Part shown: one piece after another, positions 38,443-51,749 of the stretch
Numbering within the stretch: position 1 is the stretch's first letter
Layout of the letters: each line of letters begins with the position of its first letter
Translations under genes and position numbers: made by a program
Notes under the pieces: generated by a model
Told to the model about the DNA's origin: nothing
The model's database searches: none
What the model saw: only the letters and a program-made list of their open reading frames with translations
Assembly: GCA_026914245.1 (NCBI GenBank)
Contig: CP110440.1
Span: 4,464,001-4,528,000 of the forward strand
Reading direction: 5' to 3'
DNA length: 64,000 bases
Source of the DNA: Puccinia triticina
Lineage: Eukaryota

Positions 38443-39735
38443 CTGATGAGACCAACTTGGAAACGCTGCAATGCCATGGTTATCCAGTGCGTACTTGCAC
38501 TGTTTGTCTGGCAAGCAACCCAGACGTACTGTGGCATTTGAATGCAATCAAATATTCTTCAATAATGTACTCTCTTGCCCTCATAATAATATGATTCCCC
38601 AAAGAATTGAGAAATCTTGACAGATAGGCTCTTCAAATTTTACAAGGTGTTGACCCTTAACCACCTGCAACCTTAAAGGGAGTGTGAAAGTGCGCTGCGG
38701 GTTCACAATCACTCCAGTTGGCTTTGTACAAGTCCTAATTATTTGAAACAAATAGTATTTTGCAAAGTGAGGTGGTGCAAATGGTGTCTCTTTTAGGTGA
38801 GCTCTGTCCAGAACAGCCCACATTTCAATATGTGTCTACACATGAATATGAAATATCCCCTAACTAAGACATTCAGATTACTAGGTATCAAATTTTGTTG
38901 AGGCAAGCCTCTACATAAGACTTTGTTTGAGATTTCTGGAGACAGAAATCAAGCAACAGTCTTGTCTGGCTGATCAGTTCCAGATTTGAATTTCTGATTG
39001 CGTGTTGTTGGTGCTTAATGGTGAGTGGTTTTCCAGAAACACAGCATAGTCTGATGTGGTTTGGTAGAATTCAGGACACTCTCTTGATGGAAAAAAGAGG
39101 AAAAGTTTAAAGCACCATTTATGTATGGATAAGATCTCCAACAGAGATTTGCCACTTTCTGTTTTTTTTTTGCAGCATTTCCCCCTTCCCAGGTACCAAT
39201 ATGAGCCTGAAGCTCTGGAGCTGGGTGGGTTTTCCAGGTCAACAGACAAGGTGACATCCCCACTACATATTTATACCTGTATGTTGAGCACTGATGCGCT
39301 CTTTCATCTGCTAGCACATCTTGTTGTTCCCATCTTGAGTGCACTCTACAAATCAAAAGCACCAAACGGGGAACATGCCAATTCTGTTGCTGTTTTTTGT
39401 CAATTTTTCATCACAAACCGGTCCTCATGTATGCGCTGGACATTCCCTATTCTTTGTTACCAAACCTGTTCCCTCCCCCCCTATATGCAGATATAACATG
39501 CCAAATTACATTGCTGGAAAAGCTGAATCAATCTTTACCAAAAAAAACACAGCTCAATTTTGCCCATTCACAGTGTCTGACAATCTCAGTCCCAACAAAC
39601 AGTTGCTTGTTGAATTTTGTTGTTACCCAATTCCAGGTCTGCAAATCAGGGAAGATTCTTTTATCCAGTGTAGCTTAACACTCATCTCTTGCCACTGTTT
39701 TTTCTTTTTGCTAGCCTGGATCAAGATTTTTCCTA

Positions 39736-40605
39736 TGTGAAGCTCCCCAGTTTCACCTGAGGAACTCCACCCCACTTCACCTTATGGCTTTGGCCACAGC
39801 TTCCCTTCTGACCGCTGTCAATCCTTATTCTTCATCTCACACACCGCTCTTGGCATCTTAGATCTTTATTTCTGCTCTTGCACATCCGTCAAATGTACAC
39901 CACTCAAGTTGTGGTCATCATACCAGTAGAGGCCCACAAGAGCATCAAGATCATCAAGTCAGCAAGATCAGCAATCTCACCATCAAGAACCTTCAGCCTC
40001 AAGATTCTCAAGATCCCTTCTCACATCATTTCTTCAAGATTCTCTTTTCCTTTCTTGGTCCTAACAAATGAGCCATGTGGGTTTTGTTCTGTTTTGTTTT
40101 CTGTTTAGATTCTTTATCATTTGATTGTGTGTTCTCTTTCTTCTTATTTTTATTGGTGTTGCTTTATCTTTGATTGTTGTGGCGTTTTCTTCTCTTTCTT
40201 CTCTTTCCTCTTTTCCTGTTTGATGTTTGTAGTTAGGGAGGTGATGACATGTCCTGTGACATGTCACTCCCCAGAATCCAAGTTTGAGTTTGAACTTGGA
40301 GGATGGGACACCATGGGACTTGCTCTGATCCAAGAGAAATTCCATCACCCTTTTCTGATCTGCTGGCAGTATCCCCAGCACTATTCCTGATTCTTTATCC
40401 CTGATCCCCTTATCATCATCATCTGATCCTCAACAAACCAACCACCGCCAACGGTATTTCATCCCTGTGGTCTCTCAAAAATCCCCCCCAACACTATCAC
40501 TCTTTTCAATCCTCATCTCATTTCCCGGACCACCCATGAGGGCAGCTCAACAGGACCTATCCACTCAACGCTCTGCCTACCGCCTGGCATGGTAGGAGTT
40601 CCACA
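39736..40605 (+). repeat. Isolated LTR related to the LTR at 18102-18923
   Basis: TGTGAAGCTCC...GGAGTTCCACA termini; shared blocks (GAATCCAAGTT...GAACTTGGAGGA; GAGGGCAG...CTCAAC...CTGCCT). No matching TSD. Confidence 0.65.
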
Positions 40606-40961
40606 GAGGTCAGCATTTAGATCTTTCTATCTATTCCTGCTTATCTTTAGCTCTGGTTCCCCTTTTGTACTATCTCTCTTTTTTCACAATCTTTGTAGAA
40701 CCCATCCAGTGGGCCTTGTGATTAGTTAAATACCATTCCCATAGGACTATGTATGTTCCAAGAAATAAGCTACAACCATTGGCTCCTTGGGAGAATATTG
40801 ATTGCAAAGATAAAACAAGAAAATAGATACTTCCATCCTAGAGAAAAATTGATCTTGATTGTCTGTTGAGCTGGTGATTGATTGGACTTGTGCTTGCATG
40901 AATTCTTCCTTGAATTGATCCATACCATTAACCAAGGTTTTGACTCGGTGCACTGACTACT

Positions 40962-41909
40962 CACGTTGATGACCTTGCCATTGTCGGCGAGCCATCATTT
41001 GTTGATGATCTCATCTCCACCATTGGCAAACAATTTGTGATCGGTGTAGATGAAGATCTCAATCATTTCTTATCCATTAAAATCACAAGGGACATTCCAA
41101 ACCGCCACTTTTTTCTAAATCAATCGCACTACATAGAGGAAATCAATGAACGCTTTCTGAATGGTATCTCTTGTCCTGTTTCTACCCCCACCGATTCCTA
41201 TTTTAAAAATTTGACTTGTAAAAGCCAATCTGACCCGCCATCTCCCGGTCCATATCCTCAGATCATCAGTTCTTTGCTGTGGATATCTCAATGTACCCGG
41301 CCCAACGTGTCCTTTGCGGTCAACAAGTTGTCACAGTATCTCCGGGATCCCTTGTTGTCTCATTGGAATGCAGCTGTCCGAATTCTCAACTACTTGGTGT
41401 CTGCAACAAAAGACCTCAAGCTCCTTCTTGGTGGATCTCTTGACTGTTCAGGATATTCAGATTCCGATTGGGCTGAAGATTGCGATGACCGCAGGTTGAC
41501 CTCAGCATACACCTACCAAATTGGTGACGGCTCAATTTCCTGGAAATCAAGAAAGCAGGCGACTGTCTCTTTGTCAAGTACAGAAGCTGAATACAAGGCG
41601 CTTTCCAACTCCTGTAAAGAAGGCCTGTGGCTTCGACACCTTCTCACTGAGCTAAATCTCCGGCCCAGCGATCCTATTCCACTTCATGTCGACAACGAAG
41701 GAGCCAAAGCTCTTGCAAAAAACCCTGAACATCAAGCAAGAACAAATCACATTCAAGCTAGATACCACTTCATACGTGAATGCGTCACGGACAACACCAT
41801 TTCCCTTCTTCATGTTTCCACAAAAGAGATGTTAGCTGACATGTTAACAACACCACTTACCTGTGTCCTCCTAGAAAAACATTGTCTCATGTTTGGCATT
41901 GTTCCTTAA
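40962..41909 (+). pseudogene. Ty1/copia RT and RNase H, 5'-truncated
   Basis: Starts at HVDDL; includes TRPNVSFAV, YSDSDWA, SWKSRKQ, SSTEAEY, DNEGA and MLADMLT. Confidence 0.92.
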
Positions 41910-42084
41910 TCTTTTCTCACTGCCGTCTTCAAAAACTCAATTCTCAAAATCCCAACACTTCCGTCCAACTTTTCTTCAATGATTTTTATCTGCCGTTACT
42001 CTTCCTTCTCAACATTCTCCTAGCTCACTGGCTACTATGTTTATTTTGTTTTGACCATATCATCAGGTATGCAGCAAGGGGGGG

Positions 42085-42364
42085 TGTTGAGCTAGACCTC
42101 TAGCCCTTTCTGTGTATTTTGCATAGCTGTCACACATAGCTGGCTATACCTGAGGAGCCGATGGTGACTGGATGGATTCCTCATCCATTCTGCTCATCAT
42201 CACTCGCCCCTCAGTCTTAGAATCCTTGTCTTGCTCATCAACTAGTTACATCTACAATCAAAACTGAAGACTATCCAAACTATCAGACCAGCAGCACACC
42301 TTGAATAACTGCTTCAAATCCAAGCCATCAAACTTGCCTTGTGAGGCAGCCTCCAGATACAACA
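42085..42364 (+). repeat. Copia 3' LTR
   Basis: PPT AAGGGGGGG followed by TGTTG...CAACA (280 bp). Confidence 0.75.
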
Positions 42365-43070
42365 GTTAATTGTTCAAGTCCAACAAGCTGACCAAGTTCT
42401 ACTGGAACTGTTGAGCTAGATAGAGAATGTCAAATCAGACCCGGGTATAATTTACACTGCCGGTACCCGCGTGTTTTTTTCTAAAAACGGGCACCCGGCA
42501 CCGCCTGGCGGGTACCAGCGGTCTTTTTGGCGGGTACCAGCGGTACCCACCGGGGTTTTTTCGTCAAAACTCACTCCCAAGCCACTCTCTTGATGGACGG
42601 CAAAGACCAGTCATCAAGAGGAAATTCACACATTCCCTTGATGGCTGTTCAGTGCCGGGTATCAAGAGCAGTGTATGCTTGGATAGCCGGTAAGACTGCC
42701 TGCTCCTCTCAATGCCTGGTGTGACCGGCCGTCAAGGGGGCCATTAGAGGAGTGTCCTCTTGATGACCAGCTAGAGAGGAGCATGTACTCTCTAGCAAGT
42801 TACTCCTCCCAACGACCGGCTTTGACCGGTCATTGAGAGAAGTATATACACCTCTTGCAATGGCCTGCTGTATCAGTGGCCATCCAAGCTGCTCTCAATG
42901 GGCGAATGACCGGCCATCAAGAGGCTTTTTTTTTTGGTTCTGAATACTCTTGATGGCCGGCCAAAGGTGGCCCTGGGCCGGGCTACCCGGTCCCCCGACC
43001 GGGGATGGGCGGTACCCGGGCACCGCACTGCCTTTTGCCAAAAAACAGGCACCCAGCACCGCATCCGGCA

Positions 43071-44748
43071 CAAACTTAACAAAGTCCCTTGAGACTTTGG
43101 GGCTGAACTCACAAAGCAAGCCTCTCTCAGGAGGGACTTAGAGCATCTCCACCGTGCAGGACTATCTGAGGGACTAAAGCCTCAGCTCGCGCGACTGCGG
43201 CGCACTTATAGTCCCCCGCCCAAGGACTCTTTCACACCGCAAGGTCCTAAAAGTAGCACCTCGACTTTGTGAAAGGCTGTACCCCCGATTCCCCCTAATT
43301 CACCACCGGATTGTGACCACAATAGCCAAAGGTAGCAACCAGCAAACTCACATGCAACCAACATGGAGAACAAGGAGATCAACCAATGTCAAGATAACGG
43401 CCGCTTTGCGAATGCTTGCGTACGGAGCCGCTGCCGACTGCAACAACAAATACTTACAGCTTTCGGAGTCCACGTCTCAAGAGTGTATGGACAGATTTTG
43501 CAACGATATTGTTGCTATATACTTGGCGGAATATCTTCGACACCCAACAACTGCTGACTTGGAGCGACTCCTCTCTGAAGGTGCCGACCAAGGCTTCCCA
43601 GGCATGCTTGGATTGCTTGTCGATTTCCTTTTCCAATTTCATCAAAAACTATCATTCAATGAGAGACTCTAGCACACATTTTTTGTTTCTCCTTAGCTAG
43701 TTTTCTTGCTTTAATCCTAAACAATTTGCAATAAAACAAACTCAGGTTGCACCATTTGACTGATTGAGTGATTGATTGAGTGAGAGATTGAGAGCAATCA
43801 AGATAGGAAAGACAAGTTATAGAGGCTAATAGAGAGTTTTCAAGGTCAATAAAGGTTTATCGAGGCCAAAAACTAGTGATTGAGAGCAATAGTTTTAGAG
43901 ACAAGAAAAACAAGTGATCAAGAGCAAAAGAAAAAAATTGATCATGTGCAATAGAGAGAAAACACAACAGTGATTGAGACCAAGTACAGGTAGAGAAATT
44001 CATGTGGCTGATTTGGGTCGAGGTGTGGGGTGGAGCTATTGGGGGTTGTGTACGCAAGGTAGTGCAGTATCACAAGAAGGTTTTCTGTGTGATATGTGGA
44101 TGAGGGGGACTATCTGGGGAGCTATACGGTCTCAAAGCTGGGACTGGTATAGGGCCCGGAAGGGTTTTTCCAAGTTTAGGACCTCCTTTACTCCCTCCGG
44201 TGGAGGGACTAAACTGGGCCCGGGTGACTGAATTTGGTATAGTCCCCCAATATAGGGCCCGCTGTGGAGATGCTCTTAGACCCTAGCGCACCAAGCTCGC
44301 GTAGCAAGAATGGAATTTTGGGGTACTTTCTTGATTTTTTCTATAGCTCACCTATCACACCCACTCCCATGTTATTAGCTCAAGGTCAGCAGAAGATGCT
44401 GGAGAAAAGAGTAGAAATTATTCTATCTCCATTTATCTCCTCTACGTTTTATTCTGGACAGAACTCCATGTAAAATCCACGGATTCAGTGTTTTTGATGT
44501 TTTTATTTGGAGTGGAGGGAATGGATTGAGATGCCTCAAATTCTCCAGGTTTGACGGGCACAAGCCAGTCTTCAACCTCAGCAAATTTAATCTCAAGAAG
44601 GTTTTGGAAGCAAGGAATTATACACTTTTGAAAATTCCTCCCACCAAAATCTAGAATCTTGCCCCCGCAAAAAGGGGCAATAAGGCGCAAGTCCCTCCTG
44701 CCAAGGGCTTTCGGAGGCCGCAGCGGCGAGGGACTTGGGTTAAGTTTG
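43071..44748. mobile_element. Second CAAACTTA-terminus element with 9-bp TSD
   Basis: CAAACTTAACAAAGTCCCT / AGGGACTTGGGTTAAGTTTG; TSD CATCCGGCA at 43062-43070 and 44749-44757. Confidence 0.9.
43141..44275 (+). mobile_element. PIF/Harbinger deletion derivative
   Basis: TIR GAGCATCTCCAC / GTGGAGATGCTC; TSD TTA on both sides; transposase remnant KITAALRMLAYG...GFPGMLG at ~43390-43612. Confidence 0.9.
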
Positions 44749-45819
44749 CATCCGGCACCGCCTGGCGGGTGTGGGGCAGGTTTGGGCGGTACCCACTCAC
44801 GGGTGCTGGGTACCGCCAAACAGGTACCGGTTGACATTCTCTAGAAATAGATATTCCAAGAGATTGAAACTTGAATTTCCAGTGCTTTTCTTTGATTTTT
44901 TTTTCTTGAGCTTTTTTTTGGGGCAGAAGTGATGATTAATTTTTTGCAGTTGGATTTTTGACAGTCAAAGCCTGATGGAGATGGAGATGTGTTGATTGTA
45001 TTCAACTTTAACAACACACTGATTTCAAAAGCCATAGCTTTGCCTCTGTAGGTATTAAAGTTCAATACATTCCTGATTTCTAAAACATACTTGAAGGGAT
45101 AAATTGGGAAAAATATGAATAAGAAAGGGAGCCCAAGGAGAGGTGTGCATATGAACTGATTCCCACCAACAGAAGTGTTGAAATTAAAAACTCAAGCCTC
45201 ACAAAATCAACACAAAAGATGAGCCAAGTGGCTCAAGATAAAGGACAGTGAGGGTGAAAAGCTCACCGGATGCAGTTCAGGGTGGTGTGGAAAAAGAAGA
45301 GGTAGAACCAATTATCTTAATTGCTTGTTGTATTCTGGGTTTAAGTAGACTAACAACAGGCAGCCAACATGTGGTTGGAAGAAAAATTAAAAGGGAAGGT
45401 GAGACAAGTTTCAAGTATGCTTTCTTAGAGACTACAGGTGATACATGTATGGCAAAATTTCATCTACTACTCACTGTTCAAGACTACATGGTGTGATAGA
45501 TTTTGTACTAGCAATGATTCTGGAAATGATTTAAGAATGATGTGAAACATTGTTTTAGAGGTGTAAGTAAGAGGAAATGGCAAAATTCCAACAGAAGTTG
45601 TTAAGATTTCAGCTCTACAAGTGGAGGCGACGAAAAAGGGGGGGGCTATCTTGAGGTGACCAGATAGGACCAAGGAGCAAGGTTGAGATTGTTGATGCTC
45701 AGACTCGATGATCAATTTCTTATCCGAGGAGCGGACACGTATACACAACTAGAGAGCCCCCTGCACAAGATCCAGATGGGGCCTAAAAGCATGCAACACA
45801 AGACAACAGGAACACAACA

Positions 45820-46030
45820 TGTACTGGAACTGGAACTGTGACATGAACAGGAACTGGGTACTGGAACTGGGGACAGGAACAGGGACTGGAACTGGGAACT
45901 GGGGACAGGAACGGGGAACTGGAACAGGAACAGGGTACTGGACAGGGGACTGAACAGGTGACATAAACAGGACAGGGGACCACTCGGTCAGACAGGAAAC
46001 ATGGGCCACTTGGCCATACAGGAAAGACAT
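45820..46030. repeat. Degenerate GGAACT/GGGACA hexamer repeat
   Basis: Directly visible low-complexity tract. Confidence 0.7.
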
Positions 46031-46607
46031 TAGCCACTTGGCTAGACAGGAAGAGGGGAGTAAGAAGCTGTGAGCGGAAGAGGTCAGAATTCTGACAGAA
46101 GTGTGTTTAATTTTTTAGACTGATGAATCTCCTTGGTGGTCACTTGTAAACCCTTCATCTCGGAATCGAGTTCCTCAATCTCAATCTCAAACTTGACAAT
46201 AAATCATAGTACCAATATGGCTCTGGAGACACGGAATATCCTTTATCTAGAAGCAACAACACCACTGATTGGCCTGTCTGGAGGGATTCTAGATCAGGAA
46301 GTCAAGACTACACTGAAGAATTACTTATCAGAGCTTGCCAGTTGACTGATGTCCCCAATAAGCAAATACTTAGTCTTAATCTGATAGAAAAAGACACATA
46401 ATAAGTGAACATTCAATTGATCATTGAAGAGAGGGGGGCATGTTTGAAATTGAGAAATTTTAAAAGCAAAATCACTTATTCAGGAGATGGGTCAAACAGC
46501 CAAAGAGCCTTGAGTGTTTCAAGCAAAAGTAAGTCATCTTTTAATGACAGAATCACTTGTTTGGTTTATGAACTGGGGATTTTTAAGCAAGCCAACAGAA
46601 TGTCTGA

Positions 46608-46757
46608 GGCCCCGTTTAGAGCCAATATAATCCGGGCAATATATGAGTTTTTTTGCCTGACATCCTATGTGACATCTGATCAGGTTGGCCAAAACTTGAT
46701 CAGATGTCACAAAATTTCAGATTATATCACGCAATTATATTGGCTCCAAACCGGGCC
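46608..46757. mobile_element. 150-bp Tourist-like MITE, decayed copy
   Basis: GGCCCCGTTT...AAACCGGGCC with TGA/TAA flanks; homologous to 60722-60871. Confidence 0.88.
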
Positions 46758-48100
46758 TAAATTTACTAACACATCAATAACAGAAGAACATTTAGTAAAA
46801 TTGGATTAATCTCAAGTCTTTAAATATAAAAAAGGCTGGATCCACCTATATGATTTCCCCTTTTGATCTCCAAAAGAGTTGTGATTTCCCCATTGTGTGA
46901 GCCAGTTTTTATTTTTTGACTCCAGCCCAGCAGGTTCCACCGCAAAATCTGAAAACAATTTTTTTGAATCAATTTGTGCCGGGTCAATTCTGGATGAATA
47001 CCCACTGTTTTCTTGTGTGGAACATGTATATCATTCCAGAAGAAAGGCTATCAGAAGATGGAATAAACCTCTCCTTTAATTTCCATCAAAAATGACACAC
47101 AAATAATAGCCCCACCTTGAGTTTCATCAGCCGTGGCCTTAGAGCATGATTGTTTTTTCTTCCAATGCTTCTGCTATACTGAATTTTCTATGATTCTTTG
47201 AAGTCACACAATCTATTGTGAAACTGGTCATTGAATTTTTATAGAGAGATCTATTGGTCAGTGGTTTAGAAATGTGGGAAGGAAGGGGTGGGCAAGAAGG
47301 TAAAGATCCAAATAGCGGGGGTGTAGGAGGCGGCACCGCCGGGGAAGCTGACACAAACTGTGCCTTGATAAGGATTGGAGCCTGTGGAGGAGGAGGAGGT
47401 ACTGGTATTGCAAAATATGTGGTCAGGGGGAATTTCAAAGGCATGTTTAGCTGTGGGAGAGCGTGTCTCTTTTTGAAGTCCATTTACAAAGTGATTTGTC
47501 TATGCTAACACCTCCTGGGCACAAAAATGGGCAGAAAAAGCTTAGTTTTGTCCCTGCACAACTATGGCGCCAGTTTCTTTCTGTACTCACACAATACAGG
47601 GAAAAAACTGGCCTGTTGTTTCTGCCTGGTTTCTCCAGCCCTGGCCCCTAGTGTAGCAGGGAATTTATTCTGTTACACAACTGGGGGGCAAATATCTGTT
47701 AGCAGCCAATCTGCTACACTAGCTGTTTGCGTAGTATTTTTTTTCTGCAGTAATGCTAAAAAAAGTGCTAGCACAGAAACAACAAGCTCACCAGGAAAAA
47801 ATTCATGTCAACTGGGGGCAGGTGACACAAAGGAACACAGGCTGAGACTCTGCCACAACTTCAGCACGACTCTGTGCAATGTATTTCTTTACTCATTTGT
47901 GCATCAGGGGTGGGTGAGTAAGACTGAGTCCGCTCATCCACCAACATTGCTGAACTCCTGAGCTCAAATGTTTGAGTTCAGACTTTTGTTCAGCCTCAGG
48001 GGGCAAGGATGTGTATGTATTTACACCTTGAGAGCAAGTCTCCCCCACAGGGCATAGAACGGTGGTATTCAACGTGTTTTTTGGGCCCCTCAAATACTTA

Positions 48101-48322
48101 GGCCCTGTTTGGCAGCGTCATATTACACAGCGTAGTAATAGGAAACATGCTACATTATATATGGTAAAACATGTCTTTTTAGGATAATCTTTTGAAAGCA
48201 AACCCTCATAAGGCTTGGCAGTTCACTTCCAAAAGATCAGGCGGAAAAGTAGTGTCTTACACAATGTAGGGGGACATGGCAAGATTATTTATTGCGTAAT
48301 AATCACGCTGCCAAACAGGGCC
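48101..48322. mobile_element. Tourist-like MITE
   Basis: TIR GGCCCTGTTTGGCAGCGT / ACGCTGCCAAACAGGGCC; TSD TTA. Confidence 0.92.
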
Positions 48323-48449
48323 TTATTTGTCAAATATTTGAGTATTCGGAGATATTTGACATAAAAACTTCCAAAATACATTCAAAACACCAAAAAATTA
48401 CATTTTTTGTGTTTTTGAACTAACACTGTGAATTCTTGGCCAAAAAAAA

Positions 48450-48508
48450 TGCTGCTATGCTACACAAAGCACTCAAATAATGTAGTGTAGCATAGCGGCC
48501 CACTGTTG
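48450..48508. mobile_element. Decayed terminus related to the 18956-19432 MITE
   Basis: TGTAGTGTAGCATAGCGGCCCACTGTTG resembles TGTAGCGTAGTGGCCCACCGTTG; the left end was not found. Confidence 0.55.
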
Positions 48509-48624
48509 ATTCCACTATGTGAGATAATTGATTTGTTCATATTTTTGATGAAATGTTATTTATCTTTTAGAACTTGAGCAGCCCTGATTTAAGGCTGCTG
48601 TAAATGTAGTTTCATGGCTGGAAC

Positions 48625-49558
48625 TTAACCAATTGTTTTTACATTTTGAGTTCCGCGGCACAGCCGCGATTTCCCTAGTCTTATTGGAAGTCCTGAGGGC
48701 TGTACAGAAAAAGGGGATCTGGGAATTGCTGCGTTATTGAGCTTGGTGGGGCCGTCGGTTATCACTGGTGTTTGGTTTCGAGAGTCATTGCTGGTAAGAA
48801 ATTTTTGGGGCAAGAATGCTGGTATCGCACGATCAACAGACGCAGTGAGCTTCGAAAGCTCTTTATGAGTAAGATATGCCAGTTCTTTCAGACTTACAAC
48901 ATTTGGATCGAAGTGTAAGCTGCTACTTTCGCGTGGCGACTCAGCAACTCAGCAGGGTGGCTCGTTGGGTAGAAGGTAGATATACAGCTTCAATTGAAAA
49001 ACTCGTTTGACGTTGGGGCAATTGTATCGATTTGTTCTATGAATTGGATGAAGAAGCACGATTGGCTAGATCAATGCGTCGGTCTACCTCGACAAGCTTA
49101 TTCAATATTATGGAACGTTCAGCCTCGACGTTGCGCTTGAGTGCATCTAGGCTGATAGACGAAGTTAGTTGGTTGATCAGCATGAGATGTCGATTCAAGT
49201 CAGAGCGATTTCTCAAACCTCCCTAGACTCACTTTTGTAAGTGTCGATTGAGTTCGGAGAGTGGTAAGCGAGCCAGGTCGGATTCGGAGAAAGAGCCGTC
49301 CTCCGGATCATCAGTTTGAGTGTTCGGCAGTGGTGGGATCGAGCTAGTCCGAGTATCCGGTTGAAGGTATTGCCCTAGCAAGAATCCACCTAAATTTGTG
49401 TCAAATAGGAAATAGAAACACGAAAAGGTAAGGGTGGACCATCAGCCTTCTTATTGTTGGTCTGTCAATTCTGAGCCACACTTATTGGTCCATGACAAAT
49501 GGACTAACCTGAGACGATCGCGATGGATGTCATTAGGGCCCCCCGAACGGTAGACATG
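48625..49558 (-). CDS. Possible multi-exon hypothetical gene divergent from BCP1
   Basis: ATG exon MSTVRGALMTSIAIVS followed by a GTTAGT donor; further coding-like segments (SESDLARLPLSELNRHL; LDALKRNVEAERSIILNKL). The full model was not resolved. Confidence 0.4.
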
Positions 49559-49813
49559 CTGCTGTTCAGAGTAGACAAGACAAGGTGGGTCAGAGAGCGA
49601 ATTGAAGAGATGGGATGAGTGATAGTAATGTTGATCACTTACAAGTATTATGTATTGCTGAAGGGCTGGCATCGATGGAATGTGCAGATTGCGGCAAGGG
49701 CGATGGGGACGGAAGGAAGGAAGGGAATTGAATATGCATCATCGCAAAATCCAAGTTCGACCCTCCATAGGACACATCAAAAAAGCCGCTCTAAAGGAAA
49801 GAAGGAACGCAAA

Positions 49814-51212
49814 ATGGCACAAACCAACCACATCAGAAAACGACAGTTCGAAGGTGAACCAGTCCAAGATCAACCGGAAACAGAAACTGAGCAAGAGGTC
49901 AGCAACTATCTGTACCAGTCCGCAGATTATTCCCAATGGAAACAAATAAAGCTGATCCATGTCCATTGCTTTTGTTGTCAAGAAAATTGAAGTGACGTTT
50001 GAATTCTGCGACCTGAAGCAGATCGATTACCATGCGATCAAACATTTGATCTCCCAATTATTCCGAATCTCTCGACCAAAATCCTCCCCAGAGCCTGCAA
50101 CAGGTGCACATCCCTCGAAAACACTTGTGAAGCCGGTCCTGGAGGATCTGGACGTTGGCGAATTAGCCGACTTGGTGCTGAGTGATCAGAAGGAATGGGT
50201 CGGCTGTACGGTCAAATGTGATGAAGAAGACTGCGACCCATACGCGTTCATCAGCGTCTTGGATTTGAGAGCATATCAGGTGGGATATATTCTCTTCGAA
50301 ACTCCTCTCCCAACACCACAGCACTGCCCAGAACCCCTAAGATGCAGGAAAATTATTATGTAGTTAATCATTGGCTATTGAATCTTTAAAAATCGCCCAG
50401 GAAAAGTCATCCATCCTTGTGCTTACCAGCTATTTGACGTCCGTCTTAGCCTCATCAACCCCGTCATCAGCCCAAGCCGATGAACTACTGACGGTCTTAA
50501 AGCAGACATTAAGTCCTGAAGGATCAGGTGTTGGATTGGTTCTTAGCGAAAGGTTGATCAATGTGCCAGTTTACATTATGCCTCAACTCTTGACACAACT
50601 GGGGAATGAAATCAAACACGCTCAATCTAAGGTATCGCAACCCGCCTCAAATTCAATCCCTCCCAATTTGTTCTCTGATTTTTTTTTTTTTTGAAAGAAT
50701 GCACCAGGTTTCAAGTTTGATCGATTGCTAATTCCTTCGCGAGTATTCACAATGTCTGCAAACCCAGATCCAAGTCAGGACGTCAATCCCACTTTCGATG
50801 CTAAGAATAACAGCAACCACAATGCACAAAAACCCAAGAAAAACAAGACTGATGCGAATCTGAATCCGGACGACCCGAATCAAGTCGGTCTTTATCATCC
50901 CGAAGACCAAATCATCTCTCAAGTTGAGTTCTGTCTCACCGTGTTCTAGCTTAAAAGAAAATAGAGAATAAGAAAGCGGCAGAGAAGGTTACTGCTGGAT
51001 TACTGATTTGATCCTTTTATGTACAGTTTGCATCACATACAGTTCATTTCAGTCTGCCGAAGTCAAAGGAACCCCGGAAAGGAGGAGTAGATGAGGAGTT
51101 CGGAGTAGATCAACAGGGTCGATTGATGCTTATTGAGCTTTCTAAGTGGGACCAAATGGTTGCAGCTCTGCAAGAGTACATCGGCGATCCAGATCAAATG
51201 TGTACTTCGTGA
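49814..51212 (+). CDS. BCP1: Protein BCP1 (BCCIP family, 60S biogenesis), 5 exons
   Basis: IEVTFEF...DYHAIKHLISQLF, VGCTVK...DPYAFISVL, VGLVLSERLINVP, YHPED; GT-AG introns. Confidence 0.9.
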
Positions 51213-51749
51213 AGGAGATTAGTAAAATAATCAGAATCAAGGCGCCCAGCTTTGTGTGACTCTCAATAAGCACACCAATGCTGATTAACAAAGCATGATT
51301 GCCTCCTTATTCCGACACTTTCTTTCTTTCCGAGTGATGATTGTGGAGGACCGCTGGTACCATGGCCATATTGGTTATGGGAGGTTTTTGGTACGTCTAC
51401 ATACCTGATCATCCACCTTTGATGACGTCGGTCGTGTCATGAAATCAGAGATCACACCCGGGATGCATTTCAGACGCACAAAACCGTTACTTTGAGCGTT
51501 AATATTTTGAATGCTTTCCAACCTAGTCAGTGTCATTGATTCGTCAAAAACAATACAAGCAATCAGAGCATGTAGAGAAAATCATCCGGTAGCTTTCTTG
51601 ATTGACTCCAACTATTTTGGAAAGCTATCACTTCCTAATAAGCCCTGATAACATAAATATTTGCTTGGTCATGATTTCGCAGCACTTGACCCTCGAGTTT
51701 GGCGATGTCATTGATGCTGACTGAAAGATTGAGGAAAACATATTGATCC

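Larger units (their letters stand above)
42421..44843. mobile_element. Non-autonomous hAT-type element hosting two nested insertions
   Basis: 13-bp TIR TAGAGAATGTCAA / TTGACATTCTCTA; degenerate 8-bp TSD GAGCTAGA/GAAATAGA; GGGTACC/CGGCACC subterminal motifs. Confidence 0.8.

Noticed and set aside
39731..40610. Clean solo LTR with TSD
   Set aside because: The flanks TCCTA/GAGGT do not match; kept only as an isolated LTR.
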